Below are positions 17,139 to 26,571 of a stretch of 53,412 bases of DNA, one piece after another. Made by a program: the position numbers and the translations under genes. Under the pieces are notes generated by a model. That model ran no database searches and had not been told where the DNA came from. It saw only the letters and a list, made by a program, of their open reading frames with translations. Every line of letters starts with the position of its first letter. Within the stretch, counting starts at the first letter, position 1. Origin of the DNA: a virus (Duplodnaviria > Caudoviricetes); the IMG/VR virus record IMGVR_UViG_3300032257_000017, positions 1 through 53,412 of that record; one strand, 5' to 3'.

Positions 17139-18754
17139 AACCCGTCCGTGAACGACTCCCCGCCCCCGTCAGCCCACGACATATCGACGGGCCGCTTGTA
17201 GGGGGTGGCCTTGGAGCGTTGGCCCTTATGGACGGGCGCGAATAGCGCGCCGGGCCCGTAGCGGATGGGGTCCACCTTGTCCTTGTGAATCTCGCCGTTC
17301 CCGCCCTGCCACCGACTCGCGGCGTGGATGATGGGACGGGCAGAAGTGCAAATCCAGAGCTTGAACCGCGCGAAGGCATCGTTGACCACGCGGATCCCGA
17401 GTCCAACTGACCCGGCCCCCTTGTCTGCGGCCACCATCGCCAGCGTGAACCCGAGAGCCTTGAACGCGCGGGTAAACGCCTCGTTGATGGTCTTCGCCGT
17501 GATGTCGCCCTTGCCGCTGCTGTTCGTGTCTCCGAGGCACACGTCGATGTCGTTCGGCGTGCAACCCCAGCGGGCCAGCATCGCGCACGCTCCATCCGCG
17601 TCTTGCTCAATCGAGGTCACCCCGGGGCTGATGTAGGCATCGAGGACCCAGCACTCAAGGTCCGGCCCGCTCCCGCACCACGCATAGAAGATGATCACCT
17701 CTTTGTTCTTCTTCTCCCCGTGGTCTGCCGCCATGCCTAGCCGCAAGTGCCGCTTCTCGTGCCCCGTGGCCGACCATTCCCCGTGCTTTGCCTCTAGCAC
17801 GTTGTGCGGACCGAACGATGCGAGCGTCCGTTCAGGCGCAGGACCCTCCCACTCCGCGTCTCGGCGCTGCGGGATCTCCCAGGACAACATGTCGTCAATC
17901 TGCTGCTGGATGTCGTCCGGGTGCCTGTGAGGCGCGTTCTCGGGCGTGAGGCGAATGACGTGCTGGGACCACTTCGGCGTGCCGTCCTTCTTCGTCGGCG
18001 TCTCCTCGCCGGGTTTGCCCTCGACCACATCGCGGAGCCAGAGAAGGTCACGGGACACGCCGTGGTTATCGACCGGGGTGAAGCCTGCGATGATCGGCGC
18101 GTTCTTCAGCGCGGCAGCTCGCATGATTTCGCCCCACCGCTTCATGACCGGAGGCTCATTGATGACCACGAGGTCAGACCAAACGCCAGCGATGGCCTGC
18201 CCGTCCTGGGTGCCCGCGCGGAAGATGACCTTGGACCCGTCCTTCCACAGAATCGAGCGCACTGAGGAGACCGTGTAGCCGCGAGAGTCGAACTTCGTCT
18301 TAGGGTCCAGCATCTCGGGACTGATGACCTCGTGAAGCGTCTCGCACACATCGTCAACGTAGGCATTCGCCATGTCCGCGACGACATAGAGCACCTTGGC
18401 CGGTCGCCCCGTCGGGCGCTTCCGAGTCGGGTGCTTGCCCTCAAGGAACAGGACGACCTCAAGGGCGAGCTCCAGAGACTTGCCAATCTTGTTCGCGCCT
18501 CGGAGGATGATTCGCCCTGACTCGTCGTGCAGCACCTCGCACTGCCACGCGGCCATCCCCCATTGACCGACACCCGCAGGCGAGAACAGCAGGGACAGCG
18601 CGGGCGCCGCCTGAGTCACGTGGTCGCGTACAGCCTGCGGCTCCACCGCCCTCGCCAGCACAGCGCGATAGGCCGCCTCGTTACCCTCGCGGACGTGGGC
18701 TAGAGCGGCCTGCTGCTGGATGGGGGTTAGCGGGTGGGTCAAGAGCCCCACCAT
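17135..18754 (-). CDS. terL: Terminase large subunit
   Basis: Walker A GANKIGKS, Walker B-like LVVINE, motif III FTP, nuclease residues AADHG, GD and HKDKVD; start uncertain (18742-18805). Confidence 0.88.
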   Translation of the reverse strand: MVGLLTHPLTPIQQQAALAHVREGNEAAYRAVLARAVEPQAVRDHVTQAAPALSLLFSPAGVGQWGMAAWQCEVLHDESGRIILRGANKIGKSLELALEVVLFLEGKHPTRKRPTGRPAKVLYVVADMANAYVDDVCETLHEVISPEMLDPKTKFDSRGYTVSSVRSILWKDGSKVIFRAGTQDGQAIAGVWSDLVVINEPPVMKRWGEIMRAAALKNAPIIAGFTPVDNHGVSRDLLWLRDVVEGKPGEETPTKKDGTPKWSQHVIRLTPENAPHRHPDDIQQQIDDMLSWEIPQRRDAEWEGPAPERTLASFGPHNVLEAKHGEWSATGHEKRHLRLGMAADHGEKKNKEVIIFYAWCGSGPDLECWVLDAYISPGVTSIEQDADGACAMLARWGCTPNDIDVCLGDTNSSGKGDITAKTINEAFTRAFKALGFTLAMVAADKGAGSVGLGIRVVNDAFARFKLWICTSARPIIHAASRWQGGNGEIHKDKVDPIRYGPGALFAPVHKGQRSKATPYKRPVDMSWADGGGESFTDGF

Positions 18755-18981
18755 CCCGGGAACACGTGTCCGAAGTAGTCGGCCCGGTCCATTACGACCT
18801 CGCACCCGTGGCCGTCGGGGATGACGGGCAGGGGTGCTGATTGCGCAGAGTCGTCAAGGTAGGCGCGAACGACCCTCTCGGCCTCGCCATCGTTCTCCGG
18901 GTCACCTTCTGGATGCCTGTACACGCACGCGCGACCGTATCGCGGATCGAACCATTCGCCTTGTCGGCGTCGGACATCCAT
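18739..18981 (-). CDS. Hypothetical protein
   Basis: 80 aa; stop overlaps the candidate TerL TTG start; frame ambiguous at the 5' end. Confidence 0.4.
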   Translation of the reverse strand: MDVRRRQGEWFDPRYGRACVYRHPEGDPENDGEAERVVRAYLDDSAQSAPLPVIPDGHGCEVVMDRADYFGHVFPGWWGS

Positions 18982-18997
18982 GTGAATGCGCCATCGG

Positions 18998-19375
18998 TCA
19001 TGAACTCGCCGCCAGCAGAGCCGCGCAGAGGGCGCCGTGCTCGGTGGGGCGAAAGCCTCCGACGTTCCTGCCGCCCGCGGTCATCACCTCCCACCGCTTC
19101 GGAAGGTTTGGCATACCCGCGTCCCACTCGTAGACGCTCGCGCACATGGTCGGGTCCTTGTGCGCCTTCCGCACCAGATGCAGGAGCCAGCCTTTGACGA
19201 GCGGGTGGGTGATGTCGGGGACGCAGGCCCCGTCAAGCAGGAACCACGGGAGACTGCACAGGAGCGCCATGCCCGCATCTGGGTCCATGTCTGCCTCTGG
19301 CGCAAACCCATCAACCCACTCCCACCCAGAGCGCGCCACCACCTTGCGGGCGAGGATGATTTCGTCGGGGGTCAT
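18998..19375 (-). CDS. Hypothetical protein
   Basis: 125 aa; WEWVDG..PDITHP..GWLLHLVR; GGAG RBS; coupled. Confidence 0.7.
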   Translation of the reverse strand: MTPDEIILARKVVARSGWEWVDGFAPEADMDPDAGMALLCSLPWFLLDGACVPDITHPLVKGWLLHLVRKAHKDPTMCASVYEWDAGMPNLPKRWEVMTAGGRNVGGFRPTEHGALCAALLAASS

Positions 19376-20517
19376 GGCTCCACCGTCCCTGCTACCTCGA
19401 CCACGGCAGGCAGTTGGGCCTTGACGACGCGCACCGAAGCAAGGGGGCTAAGCGTCTCGCAAGCGAACCCTGCACACGTCGCGTCATCCCACTCGGAATC
19501 CCCGATGGCCACCCACTTCCCGCCAGCGTCCACCGCCACAGTAATCCGCACCTCCACCGTGTCCGCGGATGGCTCGGAGAAGGATGGGGCCTGCCTGTCT
19601 GCGCGTTCGCGAATCTCCTGAGCGAGGTCTCGCCAGACGGAAAGGGGCGGCGGCTCCGGCAGCGCCTCCCAGAGTCGGCACAGCGTCTCAATGCGGGCCA
19701 CGGCATCCATCGCGGCATCCCATGCGGTCGGTGGTGTCTCAATCATCCCGTCTCTCCCTCCAGCCTCTCGGCCTGCATCTCCATCCGACCCGCCTTGTCG
19801 GTCGTCACCGTCCACCCCTCGCATCGCCAGTGCCGGTTGCCGTGCTCGTCCGTCTCGATGGTGACGGCGAAGCTCATGGCATCCCTGCTCCCCATCCGAC
19901 GCCGTGGCGCCTAGTTCCTTATCCGCCGAGTCGCCGGGACGCTCGCCTAGTCGTTCATCCAGTTCGCAGAGCCTCGGCACGGGGGCCGGTCTGTCGCCTC
20001 CTGCCGTCTGCGGGTAGTAGTCGTCGTACTCGTCGCGCAGATAGTCGAGGCTCATCACGTCGCTCTCGGACACACCCCAGAGCACAGAAAGCACCTCGGC
20101 GGGCGAGACAGCGAACCACTCCCCGACTCCGCGGGCGCTCCTGAACCTGTCGTGAAGGATGCGCTCAACCCTGCCCGCCTCCGTGCCAGCGAGCGCGAAC
20201 CCGGCTAGCGCGACCTCGTGCGGGCAGTGTGTCTGGATGGTCGCGAGGCGCTTCCGCACGTCGGTGGAGCGCCCTATCTTCACGTGCTTTGTCCCGGTCG
20301 CCACGATGCAGTAGACGTAATCAGCCTTCGCCATGTTCGCAGCCGGTGACAGGAGCGCACATCGGCGGTCAAGGTCCCACATCCGGTCAGCGTGAACCGC
20401 GCCGGAGTGGTCTGCGGACTCCTCCCACCCCTGCTCAAAGTCGTCCCCGCGCAGGTACCGAGGACAGCCGCGCAGGAACGCAGCCCACCCGACCCTGTAG
20501 GCCACCGGGTCAATCAC
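19372..20517 (-). CDS. GIY-YIG (T5orf172/MUG113-like) nuclease domain protein, possibly fused to downstream ORFs
   Basis: YVYCI...HVKIGRS.DV.KRL..IQT...ERILHDRF...GEWF signature; a separate ATG (MIETPP) lies at ~19746. Confidence 0.7.
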   Translation of the reverse strand: MIDPVAYRVGWAAFLRGCPRYLRGDDFEQGWEESADHSGAVHADRMWDLDRRCALLSPAANMAKADYVYCIVATGTKHVKIGRSTDVRKRLATIQTHCPHEVALAGFALAGTEAGRVERILHDRFRSARGVGEWFAVSPAEVLSVLWGVSESDVMSLDYLRDEYDDYYPQTAGGDRPAPVPRLCELDERLGERPGDSADKELGATASDGEQGCHELRRHHRDGRARQPALAMRGVDGDDRQGGSDGDAGREAGGRDGMIETPPTAWDAAMDAVARIETLCRLWEALPEPPPLSVWRDLAQEIRERADRQAPSFSEPSADTVEVRITVAVDAGGKWVAIGDSEWDDATCAGFACETLSPLASVRVVKAQLPAVVEVAGTVEP

Positions 20518-20518
20518 G

Positions 20519-20692
20519 TCAGGTCCCAACACGCCACGACCTCCGAAGGCCGACAGCGGCGGCCCTGAGAATGCGCCAGCGATTGGAGACCTTCTTCGCC
20601 TCCAACTTCCCGCTTCGGCAGTACCGCAGGACGGTCACCCGCCCGACCCCAAGAAGCGCAGCGGCTTCGTCAACTGTCATCGTCTCGCTCAT
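20519..20692 (-). CDS. Excisionase/BldC-like HTH_17 DNA-binding protein
   Basis: MTVDEAAALLGVGRVTVLRYCRSGKLEAKKVSNRWRI. Confidence 0.85.
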   Translation of the reverse strand: MSETMTVDEAAALLGVGRVTVLRYCRSGKLEAKKVSNRWRILRAAAVGLRRSWRVGT

Positions 20693-20698
20693 GGGGGA

Positions 20699-20727
20699 AC
20701 TGTACAGAAGTGTACAGAAGTGTACAA
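20699..20727 (-). promoter_or_regulatory. Leaderless promoter overlapped by a 10-bp tandem repeat (TGTACAGAAG x2.6)
   Basis: TTGTAC-17-TACAGT-6nt-ATG on the minus strand; three phased TGTACA palindromes. Confidence 0.7.
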
Positions 20728-20894
20728 GCGCAATCCGGCTGCCCCTTGACACGTCCCCTACAATCAGCGCGCCCACCCGGCGCGCATGAACTGCGAACCG
20801 CGGCGCCATGCGACAAGGCGAGCCGTCGCCTCAGCGACTAGAGGGAATCGGGGTCCTCTTTCCTCTCATGCCCTTCGCTCCGCTCGGCCTCTTG

Positions 20895-21242
20895 TCAGTA
20901 CAGGTCCTCACTGAAGAGGATGCCTCCGCGGAGCCCTTTGACGTTCTGGACCTGCCCCATCCGCAGCGCGATGACCTGAGCCTCCACCCTGTCCACGTAC
21001 CGGCCACTGGACGTGAGGAACCCCTGCCACCGGGAGTGGTGCCCGCCGTTCGCTGCCTTGACCGCCTCCCGCTCTTCGTCACTAAGGCGGGCCCACCATG
21101 CGTGGCTGACCTTGATGCAGTCGCCGTGACGGAGGCCGCAGAAGACGAACCCGGTCTCGGGGTAGCCGAACGAGCGGGCGCCATCTTCCTCCCGGCCCGT
21201 CTCGACCCTGATGGCTGCGCACAGGATTCGCTCGCTCATCAC
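20895..21242 (-). CDS. Conserved phage hypothetical protein
   Basis: ILCAAI..G.RHGD..QGFLTS.GRYVDR.EA..IA...LFSEDLY; recalled as a widespread uncharacterised phage family. Confidence 0.75.
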   Translation of the reverse strand: MMSERILCAAIRVETGREEDGARSFGYPETGFVFCGLRHGDCIKVSHAWWARLSDEEREAVKAANGGHHSRWQGFLTSSGRYVDRVEAQVIALRMGQVQNVKGLRGGILFSEDLY

Positions 21243-21766
21243 TCCCCCACGTCAATCGCCCCAGGCGCATCAATCGCGACCCGTTCACTCAACGCCGCGT
21301 CGAACCTCGACCACAGCCACTCCGCCGACTTGCCCTCAAGCTCGCCTCGAGCGTTCTCGCCGTACACCTTCTCGGTCAGCTCGTAGAACGCGGCAGGTAG
21401 CGGAGTCTCTTTCGCGCCGACTGTGACATCGACCTTCTCGGCTGCGTTCAATCCGAGCACCTTGGCCTCGTGACCGAACCCCGTCATTACCGCACCGTGC
21501 GCGCCGTCTTCGGCTGCTGCCGCTTGCGCGCTTCGGAGCCGCACTAGGAACTCCTGCCCGACTGCTTCCGGGCTCAGCCCCTCGCTCGCTTTCGCGGCCT
21601 GCTCCAGAATCCACTTCCGGTCATCCCAGATTGTGGAAATGCTGCACCCGAGTTCGATGGCGAGCCTTTCCGCCGTTGGCGAATGTCGGGTCAGTGTCGC
21701 CATGTTCTTTGCGACTTCTGCCCGGCGCTCCATCCTCTGCTCAGTCGTCACTCCGCCGTTCGCCAT
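21239..21766 (-). CDS. terS: Terminase small subunit (HTH type)
   Basis: N-terminal HTH LAIELGCSISTIWDD, helical core, EAKVLGL.AAEKVDV C-terminal motif; upstream of TerL. Confidence 0.7.
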   Translation of the reverse strand: MANGGVTTEQRMERRAEVAKNMATLTRHSPTAERLAIELGCSISTIWDDRKWILEQAAKASEGLSPEAVGQEFLVRLRSAQAAAAEDGAHGAVMTGFGHEAKVLGLNAAEKVDVTVGAKETPLPAAFYELTEKVYGENARGELEGKSAEWLWSRFDAALSERVAIDAPGAIDVGE

Positions 21767-21831
21767 CTTCCCTCCGGTTCATCCCAACCACGCTCTGCCT
21801 TGACCATGCGCGCCCGCGTCTAATCAGGCGG

Positions 21832-22095
21832 CTATATGGTCTGCCTCATCGTCTTGTCTTCCGGCCTGTCGTCTATCCACTCGCCTCCATCGTCGTACAC
21901 ATGGACGCCCTTTCCGTTTGTGGATGTCGGGTCGGTCCGGCATGCGTGGCAGCAGACGCCGCTCATCGCCAGGGCCCCGCTAGGCAAGACGTAATCTCTT
22001 CGCCGCCACTGCGCATCACTGAGCGGAGGCGGAGGGTACGGGGCCTGCCTTTCGCAGCCTCCGAGGCACAGGGCGCTGTACGGATCCCCCATCAC
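21832..22095 (-). CDS. Cys-rich hypothetical protein
   Basis: 87 aa; CxxxC / CCxxC. Confidence 0.5.
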   Translation of the reverse strand: MMGDPYSALCLGGCERQAPYPPPPLSDAQWRRRDYVLPSGALAMSGVCCHACRTDPTSTNGKGVHVYDDGGEWIDDRPEDKTMRQTI

Positions 22096-22304
22096 TCACC
22101 CTCTCGGGTCTGTCCGTTTTGCGCCTTGCGCTCCCACTCTGCGAACCGCTTTGTAGTGGTGGCATACGATACCATCGGCTCGTCGTCGCCCTCTGCCCAT
22201 ACCGAGTAGCGGACCGTCCCGGGATATGGTCGCGACCTTTCTCTGATTAGGTAGCGGCCACCGTGCAGGCCAGTCCACGCGAACGCCTCGTGCTGCTCGC
22301 TCAT
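22092..22304 (-). CDS. Hypothetical protein
   Basis: 70 aa; AGGAG RBS; coupled. Confidence 0.55.
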   Translation of the reverse strand: MSEQHEAFAWTGLHGGRYLIRERSRPYPGTVRYSVWAEGDDEPMVSYATTTKRFAEWERKAQNGQTREGE

Positions 22305-22502
22305 GGCTCGTCTCCTTGCGCTTCTCCTGCTCCGTCGTCGTGCTGGCGCTGTGCTTCGCGCTCCTTCGCTGGACGCCCCACGTTTGAGCACATCATGCGA
22401 AGCGTGCCGTACCTAGTCCTGCCCGCCGCCCGTGTGTGGTGTGCCGCGGTGACGCCCGCCTTGGGCACTCGTCACCCGCACCGCCAGCACCTCGATAGTC
22501 CG

Positions 22503-22622
22503 TCATCCATCGCGCTCAATCTCCCGCCTCGCTACTTCCTCGGCCTCTCGCCTGCTCAGGCATCCGTGGTGCTCTGCGATGGCGGCTCGTTCTTCGTACT
22601 GCTCGCGTTGGTCAGGGGTCAT
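22503..22622 (-). CDS. Small conserved phage protein (EERAAI..E...LSR.EAE motif)
   Basis: 39 aa MTPDQREQYEERAAIAEHHGCLSRREAEE. Confidence 0.65.
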   Translation of the reverse strand: MTPDQREQYEERAAIAEHHGCLSRREAEEVARREIERDG

Positions 22623-22837
22623 GGCGTGTCCTTCGGATAGAGCACAGGCCCCGCCGCGTCCTTGTCCTCGCCTGCCTCGTAATCGAGAATCCACCTGAGC
22701 CACGTCGCCGGGTTCGTGACCTTCAACCGAACACCACAACCTCGGTGACACCGATAGGCTGCGCGGTGAAGGGTGGCAATGCCGTTGCACATTGGGCAGT
22801 TAATACTGGTCGGCAATTGGGATCCCGCGCCACTCAC
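22619..22837 (-). CDS. Zn-ribbon hypothetical protein
   Basis: 72 aa; CPMC...CHRGC. Confidence 0.55.
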   Translation of the reverse strand: MSGAGSQLPTSINCPMCNGIATLHRAAYRCHRGCGVRLKVTNPATWLRWILDYEAGEDKDAAGPVLYPKDTP

Positions 22838-23106
22838 GTCAACCTCCGAACCCTGTCAGCGGCCCGCCTCAACTCGGCCTCGACCATCGCGTTCCCTACG
22901 GCTCGGTCGGCCATCTCGGAGAGAAGGGCGGCGGCGTCGGAGAAGGCTTGTGTGCGGGCACTCACGGCGGGGCAGACGTGAAGATGGCGACACCCCGCCC
23001 TGATGGACGCGCCGCATCGCAGACACGTTCGGCCCCAATTCGGGTCGGCTCGTTCGTCCTCGCGCCACGGTGACTCATCGGGCCACGCCTTCACCACGTC
23101 CGACAT
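22834..23106 (-). CDS. Hypothetical protein
   Basis: ~90 aa; CLRC..HxC; coupled. Confidence 0.55.
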   Translation of the reverse strand: MSDVVKAWPDESPWREDERADPNWGRTCLRCGASIRAGCRHLHVCPAVSARTQAFSDAAALLSEMADRAVGNAMVEAELRRAADRVRRLT

Positions 23107-23462
23107 CACGCCTCCCCCACAATCCCGCCAGCGGTCTTCATCTTCCACCACCGACTGTGACCCGGCCCGGGCGCATCATGCAGCGGCGCAGGTTGCGCGA
23201 GTCGCTCGCTAATCCCCTTCATCATCTCGGGGACGGTCATGCCGAGCTTGGCCGCCGCGCCGTCGAGGATGTGGTCAGCGATGGACTCAGGGTCGAACCC
23301 AGCCTCACGCAACTCGGCGTCTACCTCGTCCTCAGACATGGCGCACACCTCGTCCCACAGGTCGTCTGACCACTCATCGCCCTCGGAGACCAGTTCGCAC
23401 CTCCCGTCCACCACGCGGTACACAGAGGCGCCTATGCGGATGATGTTGGGGTCGTCAGCCAT
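23106..23462 (-). CDS. Acidic hypothetical protein
   Basis: 118 aa MADDPNII...; GGAG RBS. Confidence 0.6.
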   Translation of the reverse strand: MADDPNIIRIGASVYRVVDGRCELVSEGDEWSDDLWDEVCAMSEDEVDAELREAGFDPESIADHILDGAAAKLGMTVPEMMKGISERLAQPAPLHDAPGPGHSRWWKMKTAGGIVGEA

Positions 23463-23634
23463 TGGTTCGCTCCATCCTTGGCGCCGGCCTGCACTTCTCG
23501 CACACGCCCGCCGCGGTCTTCGTGCCGTTCTCGGTGGTGATGTCCATCCAACCGACGGCCTCCCTTTCAGGGTGAAGCCAGCACTTGTCGATGTCCGCGT
23601 GCATCTGGTCGCGTGTGTTGTCTGGTTCAGCCAT
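23455..23634 (-). CDS. Small Zn-binding protein (not in ORF track)
   Basis: 59 aa MAEPDNT...CWLHPEREAVG...CEKC; GGAGG RBS. Confidence 0.55.
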   Translation of the reverse strand: MAEPDNTRDQMHADIDKCWLHPEREAVGWMDITTENGTKTAAGVCEKCRPAPRMERTNG

Positions 23635-23677
23635 CTGCGGACCTCCCGCCCGGGGCGCAGATTCATGGTGTGACCCA

Positions 23678-23869
23678 TCACTCGCCCCTCTTCCTGTTCC
23701 GCCATCGCGTCGTCCGCGACGTGCCCGGCTTCGGTTCGTTCATCTTGCCCCGACTGCGCAGATACGCGCGGACGGTTCCAGGCTTCAGGCCCAAATCGCG
23801 GGCGACCTGAGCAGCGTTCCCGCACTTGCGGTACGCGATGCTGATGGCGCGCTTTGTGGCTGGGGTCAT
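23678..23869 (-). CDS. Small HTH protein
   Basis: GNAAQVARDLGLKPGTVRAYL. Confidence 0.7.
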   Translation of the reverse strand: MTPATKRAISIAYRKCGNAAQVARDLGLKPGTVRAYLRSRGKMNEPKPGTSRTTRWRNRKRGE

Positions 23870-24123
23870 TCGGCTTCCGGTACGAAGGCGTGACTGTTCG
23901 CGCGGCTCCTGCCGTCAGCTACATCCCACCACGCCATGTAGGCGGCGCGTGCAGCCTCCCATGCGGCCTTGTCGTCCTCCCTCGCGGTGCGGCATCCGCC
24001 GTGAACCCATCCCCAATTGCACTCGTACTGGTTCACGTTCTTGGCGAAAACCCTCATGCCGCGCTTTCGGAACATCTCCGAGAGGACATCCCACTGCTCC
24101 TCCTCTTTTGTCGTCTCGCTCAT
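23866..24123 (-). CDS. Hypothetical protein
   Basis: 85 aa MSETTKEE...; GGAGG RBS. Confidence 0.55.
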   Translation of the reverse strand: MSETTKEEEQWDVLSEMFRKRGMRVFAKNVNQYECNWGWVHGGCRTAREDDKAAWEAARAAYMAWWDVADGRSRANSHAFVPEAE

Positions 24124-24280
24124 CTCGCCCTCCACAGTGCCATCAGCGCATCCAGCACGGCCATAGGCACCGCGCGCAGTTCGCACAACTCCAGACCCGC
24201 AGACGACAGCCACGCAGACCCGACATGGCACAGCGCCCACGCCTCGCGGGGATTCGCCCCGAGGGTCGATGTCGTCGTCG

Positions 24281-24354
24281 GTCATCACAGCCCCCGGCGC
24301 CTTAATCGCGGCCAGCATCTCGCGCTGCTTCGGTGTCATCACAGCCCCCGGCGC
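24281..24354. repeat. 20-bp direct repeat GTCATCACAGCCCCCGGCGC, 54 bp apart
   Basis: Exact copies at 24281-24300 and 24335-24354. Confidence 0.9.
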
Positions 24355-24672
24355 ACGTACTCGGCGCGGATTTGGTCGTCGGTGAGGCGCGAGGCTGGCC
24401 GTGAACGGCCGCAGGGATAACTGCGCCTGCACGTGCTCGCGTGGCGTCGGCTCAAGTAGGCAGCCTCGGCCTGAATGTCTCGCACCATCCTCGGTGCTGG
24501 TCGCCAGTTCATCTCCCATCCTCCTCTTCAGCCTTGCACCCGTCAGCGTGCGTGCCGTTCCTGTGTTCGCAGCGGTAGCAGACCTCGACTCGCGGGCGCC
24601 GAATGCGGCGCGGCTCGGGGTCTTGCTCAAGGTCGTAGGGCGGCGCGGGCGCGTCTGCGTGGGATGTGAGGC

Positions 24673-24885
24673 TCATCGTCGGGCCCCAGACACCTCGGCA
24701 ATGCGCTTATTCAGGCGCTCCATGTTCACCGTGTGGGCCGCCGCGACAATCCCGCGCTTCTCCGTCAGACACGCCGGACACGTGACAGCCTCGGTCCGGG
24801 CGGCGACGTGTCCTCGGCGGTGGTACTTGCCGCAAAGCGACAACAGCGGCTCTGGGTTTGCGCCTCGCGCTGGGTAATGAATCAT
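24673..24885 (-). CDS. Small Zn-binding hypothetical protein
   Basis: 70 aa MIHY...LCG...VTCPAC; upstream promoter TTGCGA-17-TAGGTT and RBS. Confidence 0.65.
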   Translation of the reverse strand: MIHYPARGANPEPLLSLCGKYHRRGHVAARTEAVTCPACLTEKRGIVAAAHTVNMERLNKRIAEVSGARR

Positions 24886-24955
24886 CGCTCTCGCCCTCCG
24901 TCGCCAACCCCGGCGACACATTCAACCTACTCCCGTGTTTCACACGTCGCAAGCG

Positions 24956-26221
24956 TCAATTTGGAATTGACGGGCGGGACGCGAGTTGCGCGCGCAGTTC
25001 TTCGTTCTCCGCTCGGATGTCGGTGTTCGCAGTCACGGTCCCCGCGTGCTCCTCTCGGAGTGCGGCCAACTCAGCCCGCAGGCTGATGCACTGGTCTCGC
25101 CAGCCCTTCCGGTCGGTGCCGTTGAACTCGGCAAGGGCTGCGCGGGCTTCGTCCCGCTCTCGCTCTGCGGTCTCCAGCGCCGCCTTCTTCTCCTGCCAGT
25201 TGGTCAGCACGTTGCGCCGCGCCAGGTGGCCGGGGCCTCCCATCAACTGCCCAGACGCCAACTCCTCACTCGCCGCATCGCTATCGAGGAAGGCAACCAA
25301 CCGCGCTGCCCTCGCGCGCTGTTCAACCTCCTCCACCACCTTCGCCCACTCTTCTCCCTCCATCCCGAGGGCGACGGCGATGCGGGTGAGGGCTCGGTGG
25401 GCGTCGTTATAGAGGGACTCCAGCCTCTGGTGCTCCTCGTGGGCTTCAGCCAGTTCCACCTCCGACTCCTGCACCCGCTCGATGATCGCGGTCCTTGCCG
25501 CTGGGTACCGCTCGACGGTCTCCTCCAGCGTCAACCCCAGCCCACCCGCCTGCGGCTCGGGGACCTCCTCGCTCGGGGTGAAGGGCGTTCCCATGCCGAT
25601 GTCCGAGCCGGAGGAGGGCACCTCGCTCTTCCGTTCGTACCCAGGACAACCGGTGGCGTCGCGCGGAGGCATCACGTAGTCGATACCCTCCACTGCGCCA
25701 ACCCCATGCCGCCATAGGCGGCGAGCCCCCAAAGCCTCGCGGTCCTTCGCGGTTCCCTTCTGTCCACGGCCAGCGTTGCAGCCGACGCGGCCTCCGTCGC
25801 ACTGGACCGCATGCGCGCACGTCCAGCAGTTCGACGGCACATCCTTCGCGCTCTCCGCCTCGCTGGCGGGGCGGGTGACCCAGCGCCAGCGGATGAGGTG
25901 GTCGCTCATCTCAGCGCCGGCCTTGTAATAGAGGCCCTCTGGCCTCTCCCACCTCTGGCGCCCATTGAGGCCCCCTGCCCACTCCCGAATCCGCTGAACG
26001 GGACGCCCCAGCGCCCTCTCCTGCGTCTCAATCACCGCCCCCCCACCCCCATACGGCAGCGCGGACGTGAGCCATGGGTCGGCGGCGGCGGCGTTCAAGG
26101 TCTCCACTGCCTCGGCGGCGCCCGCTGTCATCGTCGTCATCCCGTCCATCTCAATCACCTCGCATTGCGCGCACAGGGCGCGCACCGTCTCGCGGTCGTT
26201 GCATTTGGGGCAGAGGCTCAT
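24956..26221 (-). CDS. Mosaic hypothetical protein (Zn motifs plus coiled coil)
   Basis: 421 aa open frame; possible internal start at 25909 (MSDHLIRW). Confidence 0.55.
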   Translation of the reverse strand: MSLCPKCNDRETVRALCAQCEVIEMDGMTTMTAGAAEAVETLNAAAADPWLTSALPYGGGGAVIETQERALGRPVQRIREWAGGLNGRQRWERPEGLYYKAGAEMSDHLIRWRWVTRPASEAESAKDVPSNCWTCAHAVQCDGGRVGCNAGRGQKGTAKDREALGARRLWRHGVGAVEGIDYVMPPRDATGCPGYERKSEVPSSGSDIGMGTPFTPSEEVPEPQAGGLGLTLEETVERYPAARTAIIERVQESEVELAEAHEEHQRLESLYNDAHRALTRIAVALGMEGEEWAKVVEEVEQRARAARLVAFLDSDAASEELASGQLMGGPGHLARRNVLTNWQEKKAALETAERERDEARAALAEFNGTDRKGWRDQCISLRAELAALREEHAGTVTANTDIRAENEELRAQLASRPSIPN

Positions 26222-26571
26222 TTGAGGGCCTCCCGCATCTCGTTGACGATGCGCGACACGGTCTGCTGGTCGTTGCTGATGAGCGCCACGGCCAACTCGC
26301 GGGTCTCCGTCAACTCCCCCTGAAGCCTCTCGATGTGGTCCAGCGCGGCGGGGAGCGTGTTGCAGGCGTGGAGCATGTAAGCCTCATCAGCCTCGGCATC
26401 TTCCCCGAGGAACCCGGAAGCGCCGTTCTTGTGGTCCACCCGGAGCACGAGGGCTCGGCCCCTGCCCTCCACGCCGTACTTGACGGTCCCGTCGTGCCGG
26501 TCGCCGACCCACGGCCCCTCAGTCGCCGCCTCAAACAGCGCCCGCCCCTTCGCGATGTCGTCGGCGGTCAT
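26218..26571 (-). CDS. Ead/Ea22-like protein
   Basis: AATEGPW...DEAYMLHACNTLPAALDHIERL motif. Confidence 0.7.
   Translation of the reverse strand: MTADDIAKGRALFEAATEGPWVGDRHDGTVKYGVEGRGRALVLRVDHKNGASGFLGEDAEADEAYMLHACNTLPAALDHIERLQGELTETRELAVALISNDQQTVSRIVNEMREALK

Noticed and set aside
20701-20726. CRISPR-like or VNTR array
   Set aside because: Only 2.6 copies of a 10-mer with no spacers; better explained as promoter/operator.
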